Source of the DNA: Felis catus
Lineage: Eukaryota
Assembly (NCBI RefSeq): GCF_018350175.1
Contig: NC_058368.1
Coordinates: 5,766,001 to 5,830,000 of the forward strand
Length of the DNA stretch: 64,000 nucleotides
Direction: 5' to 3'
Positions 42,281 through 55,490 of the stretch are shown piece by piece. Positions within the stretch are counted from its first letter, which is position 1. Each line of letters opens with the position of its first letter. The translations under genes were made by a program, and so were the position numbers. A model generated the notes under the pieces. It saw only the letters and a list, made by a program, of their open reading frames with translations. It made no database searches and was not told the DNA's origin.

Positions 42281-42645
42281 TGTCCGCAGAGGGCAGGGAG
42301 AAACCAAAGAAAGAGGCAGGCCGCTCCAGGTTGGTAGGTGACAGTTTTAATAATAGCAAAGGGAACATACATACGAGATTTGTCTTGGGCTGCGGCAAGA
42401 CGAACGGATACCTGCACCCACCTCCAGATCTTAAAACTCCTAATGAGGCCCTAAGTGGGCTCAGTCACATATACCATGCAGGTGTTTTCAACATCACATC
42501 CACATCTCAAGGCTCTGTCCTTGGAGCTGCCTCTGGGAGCAGGAAACACAAATGGAACCCACATTCCAAGGAAGGGGAGGGAGTGAGGAGCCTCAGAGTG
42601 CCCTGATCCAGCTCATGGGTCACTTGGTGATCACGTTCCCCAACA
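42281..42645 (-). mobile_element. Carnivore ERV1-type solo LTR (~365 bp)
   Basis: TG...CA termini; ATTAAA on the minus strand near 42346; 'aggcaggccgctccaggttggtaggtgacagttttaat' resembles CarLTR elements. Confidence 0.6.
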
Positions 42646-42794
42646 TACCCACATACTTAGAGTTTCCACTAGAAAAAGCATGTAGAGATCACCACTTAAT
42701 ACCGCTTACAATAAGGTCTCTTTAACAGTCTACTTAGATTAAAGTTGGTCAGTTTTGAATACCACTAGTATTTCTGAGGAAGAATGACATGATA

Positions 42795-43010
42795 GGGGCG
42801 CCTGGGTGGCTCAGTCGGTTAAGCGACCGACTTCGGCTCAGGTCATGATCTCACAGTTTGTGGGTTCAAGCCCCGTGTCGGGCTCTGTGCTGACAGCTTG
42901 GAGCCTGGAGCTTTGGATTCTGTGTCTCCCTCTCTCTGCCCCTCCCAGCTTGTGCTCTGTGTCTCTCTCTCAAAAATAGGTAAACATTAAAAAAAAAAAA
43001 AAAAAAAAAA
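42795..43010 (+). mobile_element. SINEC_Fc
   Basis: ggggcgcctgggtggctcagtcggttaag head, long A tail, TSD aagaatgac(a/c)tgata. Confidence 0.93.
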
Positions 43011-43168
43011 AAGAATGACCTGATACATCTACCAACAGAGTTACCTTAGGAAATGTAACAGGATGAAAATTTAATCATTGGTGCCCATAAAAAGAGTGAT
43101 AAATGATATTTTACTAAATAACTTAGTGGTGGAAGGTGGGAAGTGACCATGAAAGAGGAGTTGGTTCT

Positions 43169-43358
43169 GAAGCATCTGAGTAGCTCAGGCGGTTAAGCAT
43201 CTGATGCTTGATATGGGCTCAGGTCATGATCTCACAGTTCTTGGAATCGAGCCCCGAGTCAGGCTCTGTGCTGACAGTGTGGATTCTCTCTCCCCCTCTC
43301 TCTCTCTGCCCCACTCATCTCTCTCTCTCTCTCAAAAATATTTTTTTTTTTAAAAAAA
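43169..43358 (+). mobile_element. Can-SINE (older)
   Basis: Degenerate head, CT tract, tail. Confidence 0.8.
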
Positions 43359-43695
43359 GGAGATGATTCTGCTCTGTGTAAGAGATGAATGGGAATTTTT
43401 GAGTGGGAAAGAGTAGAAAAGGGACAGAGGGAAGTGGGGAGAAAGGAGGGAAGGACTGGACCATGTGGTTGTGATTGGAAACCAGTGTACGGATTTATAT
43501 TTAATTCTAAGTGCAGTAGGAAGTCGTCAAAGATTTTCAGCAGAATAGGGCTAATCTCAGACAAATAGAAATTCAGAAGGTCTTTTGGAATTTCCATGGC
43601 TTAGCCGAAAACTTCCCTGACAGCACCTGTATTTTCCACTTACCAAGTTATTTCCTTAGGTTAAAATGAAAGCGGAGTTGCTATGCCAAAGGTTT

Positions 43696-43727
<32 letters not shown>

Positions 43728-43841
43728 TATGTATATGTATATATATACACATTTATACAACATATGTATTATATATATGTTTATATATATATAAATGTAT
43801 ATATATACATATATATGTACATATATGTATATATATATATT
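43696..43841. repeat. Compound (TA)n low-complexity repeat
   Basis: About 145 bp of TA/TG/CA dinucleotides. Confidence 0.95.
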
Positions 43842-44139
43842 TTAAGGCATTCAATATGTATTGATATAATTTAATTCTTTATTAAGTGACTGATTAAGGA
43901 CCATAATGGGTGTTATATTTTATTTTCCCCTGTACTAAATGTTCTAGAAACATCATTCTTTTTATTATAAACAGAAATTTGTGAAAAAGAGAAAATGAGT
44001 TTCTTGTGTGATAAATACTCTTTCATAGAGGATATCAGTAGATACTGTGAATTCAGAATGTGTGGCACAGGGAAAGCTTTTGAATGGTGAGCTCAGGCTG
44101 AACCACCTACATCTCAGCAGCAGCTGTGCCAAGGACCTG

Positions 44140-44610
44140 TGTTTGAGTTAGGAACTAAGTTTGGCTGCAGGTAACTCAAACCTGACAAACAGCGGCTTAA
44201 CTAAATTAGTGGCTTTAAGATGGTCCGATTAGGGATGGTTTATGCTTCCAGGGTGCCATTACAGATTGGACTCTTGTCTTTCCACTCATTCACTTGTAGG
44301 ATGTACTTGTTGCCTCACAGTGCATCATGGCTGCTGCGATGCCAGCATGAGGCCCACGTAGGAATGAAGCAAGAAATGAAGAGCAGTAAAACACATGTGC
44401 CAACTGGGTATGGTCCTCTTTTAAGGGCCTTTCCTGGATGCCCTCTCCCCCAGTCTGCTTTTAGATTGCTTAGCCTAAAGTGTGTCACATGGGCATCTTC
44501 CAAGGAAGCTAGGAAATGTGGTAAATGTGATGGGACTGAGTTAATAGGGAAGATGAGGGGAATGATTGTTGGTAGACCAGTGGCAGTCTCTGTCCCGCCC
44601 CAGATGTGAC
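44140..44610 (-). mobile_element. Old MLT1 (MLT1J/L-like) LTR
   Basis: 'gagttagga...tttggctgcaggtaac...aacagcggcttaac' and 'gtgtcacatgggcatc...caaggaagctaggaaatgtgg'. Confidence 0.6.
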
Positions 44611-44676
44611 CTTGACCACAACTCCAGATGAGAAAAGTAAATCAAAATTGAAGTCCACAAATGATAAAGAAATTTT

Positions 44677-45218
44677 TATTAGTTACCTATTGCCAAATAA
44701 CAATTTACTCCAAATGTTCGAGACTTAAAAACAACGAACATTTATAATCTCACAGAACGTGTGGGGGCAGGAATGCAGATGTGCTTTAGCTGGGCCCTCT
44801 AGATGAAGGTGCCTCGTGAGGTTACAGTCAAGATGAGCCTCGTCTAGGGCTGCGTCCCATCTGGAGGCCCAATCGGAGGAGGATGTGTCTCCAGGCTCAC
44901 TCACGTGCTCGTTGTCTGGATTCAGTTCCTCACGTGCTGTCAGATTCAAGGCCGCGAGTCCTTGCTGGCAGGCGGCTGCAGGCCTCAGCATCTTTCTGGA
45001 TGATCTTTCCCGCAGAACAGCTCACCACCTGGCAGCTAGCAGTCAGCAGAGCGAGCAAGAGAGAGAACCAGAAAGATGGCCAGATGAAATCTGGAGTCTG
45101 TCGTTGAACCTCATGACCTCCCACATCCCTTTGACCGTATTCTGTGGATAATTTACGCAAGTGCGTGAATACCTGGAAGCAGGAACCACTTCATGACATG
45201 TTAGAATCTGCTGATCAC
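44677..45218 (-). mobile_element. MLT1 (MLT1F-like) LTR
   Basis: 'tattagttacctattgcc...cttaaaaacaacgaacatttataatctcacag...gctttagctgggccctct'. Confidence 0.75.
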
Positions 45219-45510
45219 GATTATGCGTCTCGAGCGAGGACGCGGGGACCCCATTTCCTTGTAGAGCTCTGAGAAGGTTGCCCAAGAGCAAGGACCGTTT
45301 ATTCTCCTCCGTCCTAATGCATTTTCTCCTGCCTCCTTGAGATAAGCATTCATTTTGGAAGCACAATAGGACACACAGACTCACCCCCCTTTTTGGGCCT
45401 CAATTTACAATAATTACGTTACTTAAACATTTTCTCTGGGTCACCCACCTTCGTAACTTTATATTTGTAAACTTCCACCGTTCTTCCATCCGCATCAGTT
45501 TCTTGACGCC

Positions 45511-45882
45511 TGTGTTAGTCTCCTCGAGCTGCCACCCCAAAATACCACAGGCTGGGGGGTTTAAACAACAGAAATTCATTTTCTCACGGCTCTGGGCCTG
45601 GAAGCCCGTGATCCGGATTCCGTCAGGTTTAGTTGCTACTGAAGCTTTTTTCCTTCTGGCTTCTAGATGCCTGTATCCTCAGTGTCCTCACGTGACATCT
45701 TCTCTGTGCACGGAGAGGTCCCTGGGGTCTCTTACTCGTAGGAGGACACTAGCCCTGTCAGGTTAAGGCCCCACCCTTGGGAACTTCAACGATCTCCCTG
45801 AAAACCTTATCCAGATACAGTCACACCAGGGGCCAGGGTTCCAACATCTGAATTTTAGGGAAACCACTCGGTCCATCGCAAC
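45511..45882 (-). mobile_element. MLT1 (MLT1A/B-like) LTR
   Basis: 'tgtgttagtc...aaaataccacaggctgggggtttaaacaacagaaattcattttctcacggctctg' through 'caacatctgaatttt'. Confidence 0.8.
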
Positions 45883-46221
45883 TCTATTATATAAACGAAT
45901 GTTTCTGTAGTTTTTCTCCTCCTAGGAACTGCACCTTTACTTACACCTGTCTTATCTCCTCTTCTGTCAACTACACCTTTGCTTTACATTTTCAGAGCTG
46001 TTAATGTTTGCATTCTAAGCATTGCGTGCTTCATTGAGGGCTGAGTCTAGGCATTGAAAGCCAATGAAAAGTATTTACATTCCTTTTATTCTGTATATTC
46101 CTTGCCGAGCTAAGTAGTATTTTCCTGTTAACCATCCTTCTTTACAGCTCTTTGTGTTCAATTTTACTGGCTTCAGGTCAACTAAACTGTGACAGGCTCT
46201 GAGGACAAATATATGCTCTTT

Positions 46222-46471
46222 TTTTTTTTTTTTAATATTTAGCCTTTAAAACAATTTTTTTTCTAATGTTTATTTTTGACAGAGAGAGAGAGAGAGACAG
46301 AGCATGAGAGGGGGAGGGGCAGAGAGAGAGAGGGAGACACAGAATCGGAAGCAGGCTCCAGGCTCTGAGCTGTCAGCACAGAGCCCGACGCGGGGCTCGA
46401 ATTCATGGACCGTGAGATCACGACCTGAGCCGAAGTCGGACGCTCAACCGACTGAGCCACCCAGGTGCCCC
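46222..46471 (-). mobile_element. SINEC_Fc
   Basis: TSD caaatatatgctcttt on both sides. Confidence 0.93.
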
Positions 46472-46639
46472 CAAATATATGCTCTTTATTCTTCTCTCCA
46501 TCTCTTTCTTTTTATGTGCCATCAACTGTTCAATGTCATGCAACTTTTTATTTTCCTTTATATTCATAAGCATAATTTTTTCAATAGTTTTTGGGTTTTA
46601 CAGAGGCTTCTAATTGCCTTTCTTTTTTTCTTTCTCCCT

Positions 46640-46860
46640 CTTTTTAAAAATATTTTTAATGTTTCTTTATTTTTGAGACAGAGAGAGACAGAGCATGAAC
46701 GGGGGAGGGTCAGAGAGAGAGGGAGACACAGAATCCGAAGCAGGCTCCAGGCTCTTAACTGTCAGCACAGAGCCCGATGCAGGGCTCGAACTCACGGACC
46801 GTGAGATCATGACCTGAGCCGAAGTTGGACTCTTAACCAATTGAGCCACCCAGGCGCCCC
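46640..46860 (-). mobile_element. SINEC_Fc
   Basis: T tail, (GA)n, ends gagccacccaggcgcccc. Confidence 0.92.
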
Positions 46861-47564
46861 TCTTTTTTTCTTAATAAAAGAAATACATGCCTTTTTCATG
46901 TCTTTAATGTAATCCCACTTCTCGATTGTAGTATCTACTGTATAAAGTCCTCTCAATTATTTACAAACATTATAATTCTCCTGCCCCAGTCTGTATGGGA
47001 AAGCCAAATCTGTGTGTCCACCAAACTGTTTCATCCTTAGAAAGATGATCTTTTCCAAGCTGCTGCTGCTTTTAGTTAAAAAAAATAAAATTATAATTGT
47101 ATATACATACCACAGTTGGGATGCTTCTGTATGTTGGCTATTGTAAATAATGCTGCAATAAACATAGTGATGCATATATCTTGTTGAATTAGTGTTTTCA
47201 TTTTCTTTGGATAAACACACAGTGGTGGAATTACTGGATTATATGGTAGTTCTGTTTTTAATTTTTTGAGGAAACGCTATACTGTTTTCTACAGTGGCTG
47301 CACCAGTTTGCATTCCCACCAACAGTGCACAAGGGTTCCTTTCTCCCTACGTCCCCATCAACACTTGTTATTTTTCGTTTTTTTAATTTTTTTTATTTTA
47401 CTCATTCTGACAGATGTAAGGTGATAACTCATTGTGGTGTTGATTTGCATTTTGCTGATGATTAGTGATGTCGAGCATCTTTTAATGTGTCTGTTGACCA
47501 TCTGTATGTTGTCTTTGGAAATATGTCTGTTCAGGTCCTCTGCCATTTTTAGTAGGATTGTTGG

Positions 47565-47709
47565 TTTTTTAATGTTTATTTATTTATTTAGAGCAAGAGC
47601 AGGCTCAGCATGGAGCCTGACGTGGGGCTTGATCCTGCAACAGTGAGCTCATGACCTGAGCTGAAATCAAGAGTCAAACGCTTAACCGAGTGAGCCACCC
47701 AGGTGCCCC
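47565..47709 (-). mobile_element. Can-SINE (short) within old L1
   Basis: Ends gagccacccaggtgcccc; T tail. Confidence 0.85.
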
Positions 47710-49420
47710 AGATTATTGTTTTTTAATGTAGAATTGTGTAAATTCTTTATATATTTTGGATATGAACCCCTTATTAGATATTACATGCAAATATTGTCTG
47801 CCATTCACTAGGTTGCCTTTTTGTCTTGTTAATGATTTCCAAGCTTTTTATTTTGGTGTAGTCCCAATAGTTTATTTTTGCATCTGTTTCCCTTGCCTTA
47901 GAAGGCATAGCTAGAAAAATGTTGCTATGGTTGATGTCAAAGAAATTACTGCTTATATTTTCTTCTAAGAGTTTTATGGATTCAAGTCTCACACTTAGGT
48001 GTTTAATCCACTTTGAGTTATTTTTGCGTATGGTATTAGAAAGTGGTCCAGTTTCATTCTTTTGCATGTAGCTGACCAGTTTTCCCAGCACCAATTGTTA
48101 CGAGCCTGTTCTTTCCTGGTTGTAGACTCTTACCTCTTTTGTTGTAGATTCATTGACTGTATAAGCTTGGATTTATTTCTGGGGGTCTCTTCTGTTCTGT
48201 TGATCTATGTGTCTGTCTTCCTGTCAGCACCATACTGTTTTGATTACTGTCGCTTTGTAGAATATCTTGAAATCTGGGATTATGGTACCTGAAGCTTTGT
48301 TCTTCTTACGATTGTTTTGACTATTCAGGCACCTTTTGTGGTTCCATACAAATTTTAGGATTATTCTAGTTTTGTGAAAAATGTTGTTGGCATTTTGATA
48401 GGGATTACATTAAATCTGTAGCTTGCTTTGGGTATTACAGACATTTTGACAATATTTGTTCTTCCAGTCCATGAAATGTCTTTACGTTTATTTGTGTCTT
48501 ATTCAATTTCTTTCATCAGTGTCTTATAGCTTTCAGAGGACAGGTCTTTCACTTCCTTGGTTAAATTTATTCCTGGGTATTTTATTCTTTTTGGTGTGAT
48601 TATAAATGGGATTGTTTCTTAATTCTTAATTTATTTCTTAATTTCTTAATTCTTAATATCTTTGCTACTTCATTTTAAGGGTATGGAAATGATACAGATT
48701 TCTGTATATTAATTTTGTATTCTGCAACTTGACTGAATTTGTTAATCACTTCTAGTCATGTTTTGGTGCAGTCTTTGAGGTTTTCTCTATATAGTGTCAT
48801 GTCCTATATATGCATGTAGTGATAGTTTTACTTTTCCTTACTGCTTTGGAAGCCTTTTATTTATTTTTCTTGTCTGATTTCTGTGGCTACAACTTCCAGT
48901 ACTATGTTGAATAAAAGTGGTGAGGGTGGACATCCTTGTCTTAGAGGAAAAGTTTTCGGTTTTTCACCATTGAGTATGATGTTAATTGTGGCTTTTTCCT
49001 ATATGGCCTTTATGTTGAGATATGTTCCCACTTTGTTGAGAGCTTTTATCATGAATGGATGTTGAATTTTTCAGTGCTTTATCTGCATCTATTTATATGA
49101 TCAGTTTTTATCCTTCTTTTTAATATGATGCATCACATTGATTTGCAAATAATGAATCACCTTCACATCCCTGGAATAAATCTTATTTGATCATGGTGAA
49201 TGATTTTTTGTAATGTACTGTTGAATTCAGTTTGGTAATATAATGTTGAGGATTTTTGCCTCCATGTTCATCAGAGATATTGGCCTGTATCTTTCCTTTT
49301 TTGTAGTGTCTTTATCTCATTTTGATATCACTGTAATGCTGTCCTCATAAAATGAATTTGAAAGCTTTCTTCCTCTTCTATTGTTTGGAAATAGTTTGAG
49401 AATAGGTATTAACTCTTCTT

Positions 49421-49646
49421 TTTTTTTTTTTTTCCAACGTTTTTTATTTTTTTTTATTTTTGGGACAGAGAGAGACAGAGCATGAACGGGGGAGGGGCAG
49501 AGAGAGAGGGAGACACAGAATCAGAAACAGGCTCCAGGCTCTGAGCCATCAGCCCAGAGCCTGACGCGGGGCTCGAACTCACGGACCGCGAGATCGTGAC
49601 CTGGCTGAAGTCGGACGCTTAACCGACTGCGCCACCCAGGCGCCCC
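49421..49646 (-). mobile_element. Young SINEC_Fc within old L1
   Basis: CpG-intact body; perfect TSD ggtattaactcttctt at 49405-49420 and 49647-49662. Confidence 0.95.
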
Positions 49647-49943
49647 GGTATTAACTCTTCTTTAAATGTTTGGTAGAATTCACCTGTAAAGATATCTGGT
49701 CTTGGACTTTTGTTTCTTGGGAGGTTTTTGATTACTGATTTAATTTCATTACTGTAATTGATCTGGTCAGATTTTCTATTTCTTCCCGATTCAATTTTGG
49801 AAAATTGTATGTTTCTAGGAAATTATCAGTTTCATCTAGGTTGGCCAATTTGCTGACATATAATTTTTCAAATGAAGATTCAAATAAATAGAGTAATAAC
49901 CCTTTGTAATTCTGTGGTATTGGTTGTTATTTCTATGTCTTTG

Positions 49944-50163
49944 TTTTTTTAATGTTTACTTATTTATTTTTGAGAGAGAGAAAGAGTGCGAGCTTAAGCG
50001 TGAGCAGGGGAGGGGCAGAGAGAGAGGGAGAGGGGGAATCCCAAGCAGGCTCCATGTTATCACCACAGAGACCGACCTGGAGCTTGAACTCACGAACTGT
50101 GAGATCGTGGCCTGACCCAAAATCAAGAGTCGGATGCTTAACTGACAGCCACCTAGGTGCCCC
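49944..50163 (-). mobile_element. Can-SINE within old L1
   Basis: T tail, GA-rich body, tRNA-derived head. Confidence 0.88.
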
Positions 50164-50260
50164 GAGATTTTTCTTTTTTCTTGAGGTAGGCCCATATTAC
50201 TGTAAAATTTCCTCTTAGAATTGCCTCTGGTGCATCCCACAGATTTTGAATCATTGTGGG

Positions 50261-50460
50261 TTTTGTTTTTTTTTAAGTTAATTCAGAGCGAGGGGGCGGG
50301 GGGAGGTAAGGGCAGAGAGAGAAGCGAGGGAGAATCTCAAGCAGGCTCTGCACTGTCAGCGCAGGGCCCCATATGGGGCTCAAACTCATGACCTGCAAGA
50401 TCATGACTCGAGCTGAAACCAAGAGTCAAATGCTTAACCAACGGAAGCACCCAGGCCCCC
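50261..50460 (-). mobile_element. Can-SINE within old L1
   Basis: Degenerate TSD tgaa(t/a)cattgtg. Confidence 0.85.
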
Positions 50461-50513
50461 TGAAACATTGTGTTTTCATTTTCATTTGTCTCCATGTATT
50501 TTTAAATTTCCTC

Positions 50514-50722
50514 CTTTTTAAAAGTTTTTAAAGTTTTTATTTAAATTCCTGGTAGTTAACAAAAGTGTAATATTCGTTTCAGGTGCACAATATAGTGATT
50601 CAACGCCTCCATACAACACCAGGTGCTCATCACAGATGCACTCCTTAATCCCCATCACCTATTTTACCCATCCTCCCCCCGACCCCGTAACCATCAGTCT
50701 GTTCTCTGTAGTTAAGAGTCTG
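50514..50722 (-). mobile_element. 5'-truncated L1_Carn-type 3' end inserted in old L1 ORF2
   Basis: 'ccatacaacaccaggtgctcatcac...accatcagtctgttctctgtagttaagagtc'; TSD atttcctc at 50506-50513 and 50723-50730. Confidence 0.8.
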
Positions 50723-51489
50723 ATTTCCTCTTTGATTTCTTCACTGACCAACTGGTTGTTTAGCAGGCCTGTTGTTTAGCCTGCATGTGTTTGTGTTTCT
50801 TCCAGTTCTTGTGTTTGATTTCTAGTTTCATACCATTGTGGTCAGAAAAGGTGTTTGATATGATTTCAGTCCTCTTAAATTTATTGAGACTTGTTTTGTG
50901 GTCTAAAATGTGATATATCCTGGAGAATGTTCCAGGTGCGCTGGAAAAGAATGTATATTCTGCTTTTGGCCGAAATATTTTGTATATATTGGTTAGGTCC
51001 ATCTGATCTAATGTGTCATTCATAGCCACTAAACAGTCGTTAGCATTCTGTCTGGATGATCTATCTAGTGATGTAAGTGGGCTGTTGAAGTCCCTTACTA
51101 TGATTATTGTATTACTGTCAACTTCTACCTTTATGTCTGATAATATTTGCTTATGTGTTTAGGTGCTTCCGTGTAGGGTGCGTAGATATTCACAATTGTT
51201 CTATCCTCTTTTTGGATTAATCACTTTATTACCATGGGGTGCCCTTCTTTGTCTCTTGCTACAGTCTTTGTTTTAAAGTCTATTTTGTCAAGTATTGCTG
51301 CCCCACTTTATTTTTTGCTTCCATTTGCGTGTTACGTTTTTCCATCCTTTCGCTTTCAGTCTGCATGTGTCTTTAAGTCTGAAGTGAGTCTCTTGTAACT
51401 AGTATATAGATGAGTCTTGTTTTTTTTTTTTTTTTAATCCATTCTGTTATACTATGTTTTTCGATTGGAGCACTTAGACCATTTAAATT

Positions 51490-51713
51490 TATTTACAAAA
51501 AATTTTTTGTAACGTTATTTTATTTTTGAGACAGAGAGAGACAGAGCATGAACGGGGGAGGGGCAGAGAGAGAGGGAGACACAGAATCGGAAGCAGGCTC
51601 CAGGCTCTGAGCCATCAGCACAGAGCCCGATGTGGGGCTCGAACTCACAGACCATGAGATCGTGACCTGAGCTGAAGTTGGACGCTTAACCGACTGAGCC
51701 ACCCAGGCGCCCC
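51490..51713 (-). mobile_element. SINEC_Fc within old L1
   Basis: Canonical body ending acccaggcgcccc. Confidence 0.92.
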
Positions 51714-54546
51714 ATTAAATTTAAAGTAGTTATAAAAAGGTATACATTTATTGCCATTTTGTTGTTTTATGATTGTTTTTATACATCTTCTCTGTTCCTT
51801 TCTTCTCTTATTCTCATCCTTTGTGGTTTGATGGCTCTCTTTAGTGTTATGTTTAGATTCCTTTCTCTTTTTTTGTGTGTATCTGTTACAGGTTTTTGAT
51901 TTGTGGTTACCACGAGGTTCATATATAACACCTTAGGTACATAACAGTCTGTATTAAAGTTGATGGTCACTGAAGTTTGAATACATTCTAAAAGCACTCA
52001 ATTTTTACTTCCTTCTCCATATTTTATGTATATGTCATATTTTACATTTTTTTATGTCGTATACCCCTTGCTTGATTTTTGTAGATACAACTAATTTTAC
52101 TACGTTTGTGTTTTAACCTCCATCCTGGCTTTATAAGTGATTAATCTAGTACCTTTACTATATGTTTGCTTTTACCTGTGAAATTTTTCTCTTCCATAGC
52201 TTCCTTCTAAGTATGGCCTTTTATTTCCACTTAAAGAATTTCCTTTAACATGTCTTATCTCTCCTTCTATTCAGAATGATAACCTTACAAGGTAGAGTCG
52301 TCTTGGTGTAGGTGTTTTTTCCTTTCAACATTTTGAATATATCATGCCATTCCCCTTTGACCTGCAACATTTTCGCTGACAAATCAGCTGATGGCCTTAT
52401 GGGGTTTCCCTTGTATGTAACTGTTTTCTCTTGCTGCTTTAAAAATTCTCTCTTTATCATTATTTTTTGCCATTTTTATTGTTACATGTCTCCGTGTGGA
52501 TCTCCTTGGTCTTATCTTGTTAGTGGCCCTCACTGCTTCCTGGACCTGAATGTCTGTTTCCTTTCCTGGATTAGGGGATTTTTCAGCTATTATTTCTTCA
52601 AATAAGTTTTCAGCCTCCTCTCTTTTCTCCTTCTGGGATCCCTAAATTGTGAATCTTAATATGCTTGATGATGTCCCAGATTTCCCTTAACCTATTCTTG
52701 TTTTTTATTGTTTTTTCTTCTTGATGTTCAGCTGGGTTGCTTTCCGTTACTCTGTCTTCCGGGTCACTGATACGTTCTGCTGCTGCTATCCTCTAGTCTG
52801 CTATGGATTCCCTCTCCAATGTGTTTGTTTTTTTCAGGGATTGAATTCTTCAGCTCTGCCTGGTTCTTTTTAATATTTCTTAAAAATTTCTGTTGAATTT
52901 CTCACTGAATTTATCCACTCTTCTTAAGTCTCGTGAATATCTTTACGGCCATTACTTTGAATTCTTTGTCAGGCATGTTGCTTGTCTTTTTTTTTTTTTT
53001 TTTTTTTTTTGGCTCTTTTACTGTGATTCTGGTTTTGTTTTGTTTTGTTTTGTTTCCATTCAGGACGTCTTCTCCTGTGTTTTCATTTTGTCTAACTCTG
53101 TGTTCGTTTCTGTGTATTAAGTAGGTCAGCTATAGCTCTCGGTGTTGAAAGTAACGGCCTTGTATAGAAGAGGTCATGTGCTGCCCTATAATGCGATCCT
53201 CTTGTCACCAGACCCAGGTGCCCCAGGGTGCCCCCTGGACGGACTGCATGCACCCTCCTGTCATGTCTGGGCTGCAGTTGTCTTTAGCGCAGCCGACTGC
53301 AGTGTCCCACTTTTCCTGGTTGGGTGCACCTGGCCGGGTTTGCTTCCTGTGCTGTTGAGGGGCCCGTGTGCAGCCACTGCTGGCTCTTGAGTGGGCTTTA
53401 GCCGACTTCAGTTCTTTGAGTTAACTCACAGCCACGGCTACGGATCCGCCGAAGAAGGGCAAGGCTTGTCCCCGACACGGCCAGCCAAGAGGCCACTGCG
53501 GGGACCGCGGGCATGCTGGCGTGTGGTGTTGCTTTCCACCCCTCCCTCCCTCCGCAGGAGCCGCCGGGAGTGGCGCCGGCTCTGGCTGTGGCTTCTGCCG
53601 GCTGTGGCAGGGCAGGAGCTGCTTTGGAGGGACACCTCCAGGGTTGGGTGGACTGGATGGGGCGGGTCCACAGGGGAACGTCCGGCGGGCACGTAGTGCT
53701 AGCAGGGCAGATGGGGAGTGTAGTGTTGTCTCCCACGCGTGTCCGGCTACCAGGCTGGGCGGAGGGGAAGAGAAATGGCACCCGCCGGTGCTTGTGTTTC
53801 TGGAGAAACGTCCTGTAGATCTTTGCCCTTCCAGCACGTGTTCTGAGATTACTCAATGACTCTCTCTCGTGTGTACTCCATGCATTTTAAAACTAGTGCT
53901 TCTCCGGAGGGGCCTGACGGACTGTGTTCCAACAACAAGCGCGACTTAGCGTCTGGGAGGTCATAAGTTAACAGCTCTGCTCGGAAAGCGGGAAGGCTGG
54001 AGGACAAAGGGAGGGAGAGCTGCTGAGCCCCCTGACGACAGAGCCCAGCTTGGTGGGGAACAAAGGCGCTCGCCAGCGCCATCTCCCCCGCCCACCCCCC
54101 AGCCAAAATCCCAAAGAGAACCAGTTCCTGCCAGGGAACTTGCTCGCTCCGCGCAAACCTCTGCGGAGCCAAACCTCCGGCAGCGGATCTGACTCCCTCC
54201 CACTGCCACGGGGCCCCTCCTGAAGTGGATCACCTAAGGAGAAGCGATCTAAGCCTGCCCCTCCTGCCCCCGTGCACCTTGCCTACCCACCCCAGCTAAT
54301 ACGCCAGATCCCCAGCATCACAAGCCTGGTAGTGTGCAAGTAGCCCAGACGGGCCACACCACCCCACAGTGAATCCCGCCCCTAGGAGAGGGGAAGAGAA
54401 GGCACACACCAGTCTGACTGTGGCCCCAGCGGTGGGCTGGGGGCAGACATCAGGTCTGACTGCGGCCCCGCCCACCAACTCCAGTTATACACCACAACAC
54501 AAGGGAAGTGCCCTGCAGGTCCTCACCACGCCAGGGACTATCCAAA

Positions 54547-55440
54547 ATGACCAAGCGGAAGAATTCCCCTCAGAAGAATCTCCAGGAAATAACAACAGCT
54601 AATGAGCTGATCAAAAAGGATTTAAATAATATAACAGAAAGTGAATTTAGAATAATAGTCATAAAATTAATCGCTGGGCTTGAAAACAGTATAGAGGACA
54701 GCAGAGAATCTCTGGCTACAGAGATCAAGGGACTAAGGAACAGTCACGAGGAGCTGAAAAACGCTTTAAACGAAATGCATAACAAAATGGAAACCACCAC
54801 AGCTCGGCTTGAAGAGGCAGAAGAGAGAATAGGTGAACTAGAGGATAAAGTTATGGAAAAAGAGGAAGCTGAGAAAAAGAGAGAGAAAAAAATCCAGGAG
54901 TATGAGGGGAAAATTAGAGAACTAAGTGATACACTAAAAAGAAATAATATACGCATAATTGGTATCCCAGAGGAGGAAGAGAGAGGGAAAGGTGCTGAAG
55001 GGGTACTTGAAGAAATAATAGCTGAGAACTTCCCTGAACTGGGGAAGGAAAAAGGCATTGAAATCCAAGAGGCACAGAGAACTCCCTTCAGACGTAACTT
55101 GAATCGATCTTCTGCACGACATATCATAGTGAAACTGGCAAAATACAAGGATAAAGAGAAAATTCTGAAAGCAGCAAGGGGTAAACGTGCCCTCACATAT
55201 AAAGGGAGACCTATAAGACTCGTGACTGATCTCTCTTTTGAAACTTGGCAGGCCAGAAAGAATTGGCACGAGATTTTCAGGGTGCTAGACAGAAAAAATA
55301 TGCAGCCGAGAATCCTTTACCCAGCAAGTCTGTCATTTAGAATAGAAGGAGAGATAAAGGTTTTCCCAAACAAACAAAAACTGAAGGAATTTGTCACCAC
55401 TAAACCAGCCCTACAAGAGATCCTAAGGGGGACCCTGTGA
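54547..55440 (+). CDS. LINE-1 ORF1p (297 aa), intact reading frame
   Basis: [10 protein letters not shown]...; coiled coil; RRM/CTD motifs [31 protein letters not shown]. Confidence 0.93.
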   Translation: MTKRKNSPQKNLQEITTANELIKKDLNNITESEFRIIVIKLIAGLENSIEDSRESLATEIKGLRNSHEELKNALNEMHNKMETTTARLEEAEERIGELEDKVMEKEEAEKKREKKIQEYEGKIRELSDTLKRNNIRIIGIPEEEERGKGAEGVLEEIIAENFPELGKEKGIEIQEAQRTPFRRNLNRSSARHIIVKLAKYKDKEKILKAARGKRALTYKGRPIRLVTDLSFETWQARKNWHEIFRVLDRKNMQPRILYPASLSFRIEGEIKVFPNKQKLKEFVTTKPALQEILRGTL

Positions 55441-55490
55441 GACAAAGTCCCAGAGACATCACTACAAGCATAAAACATACAGACATCACA

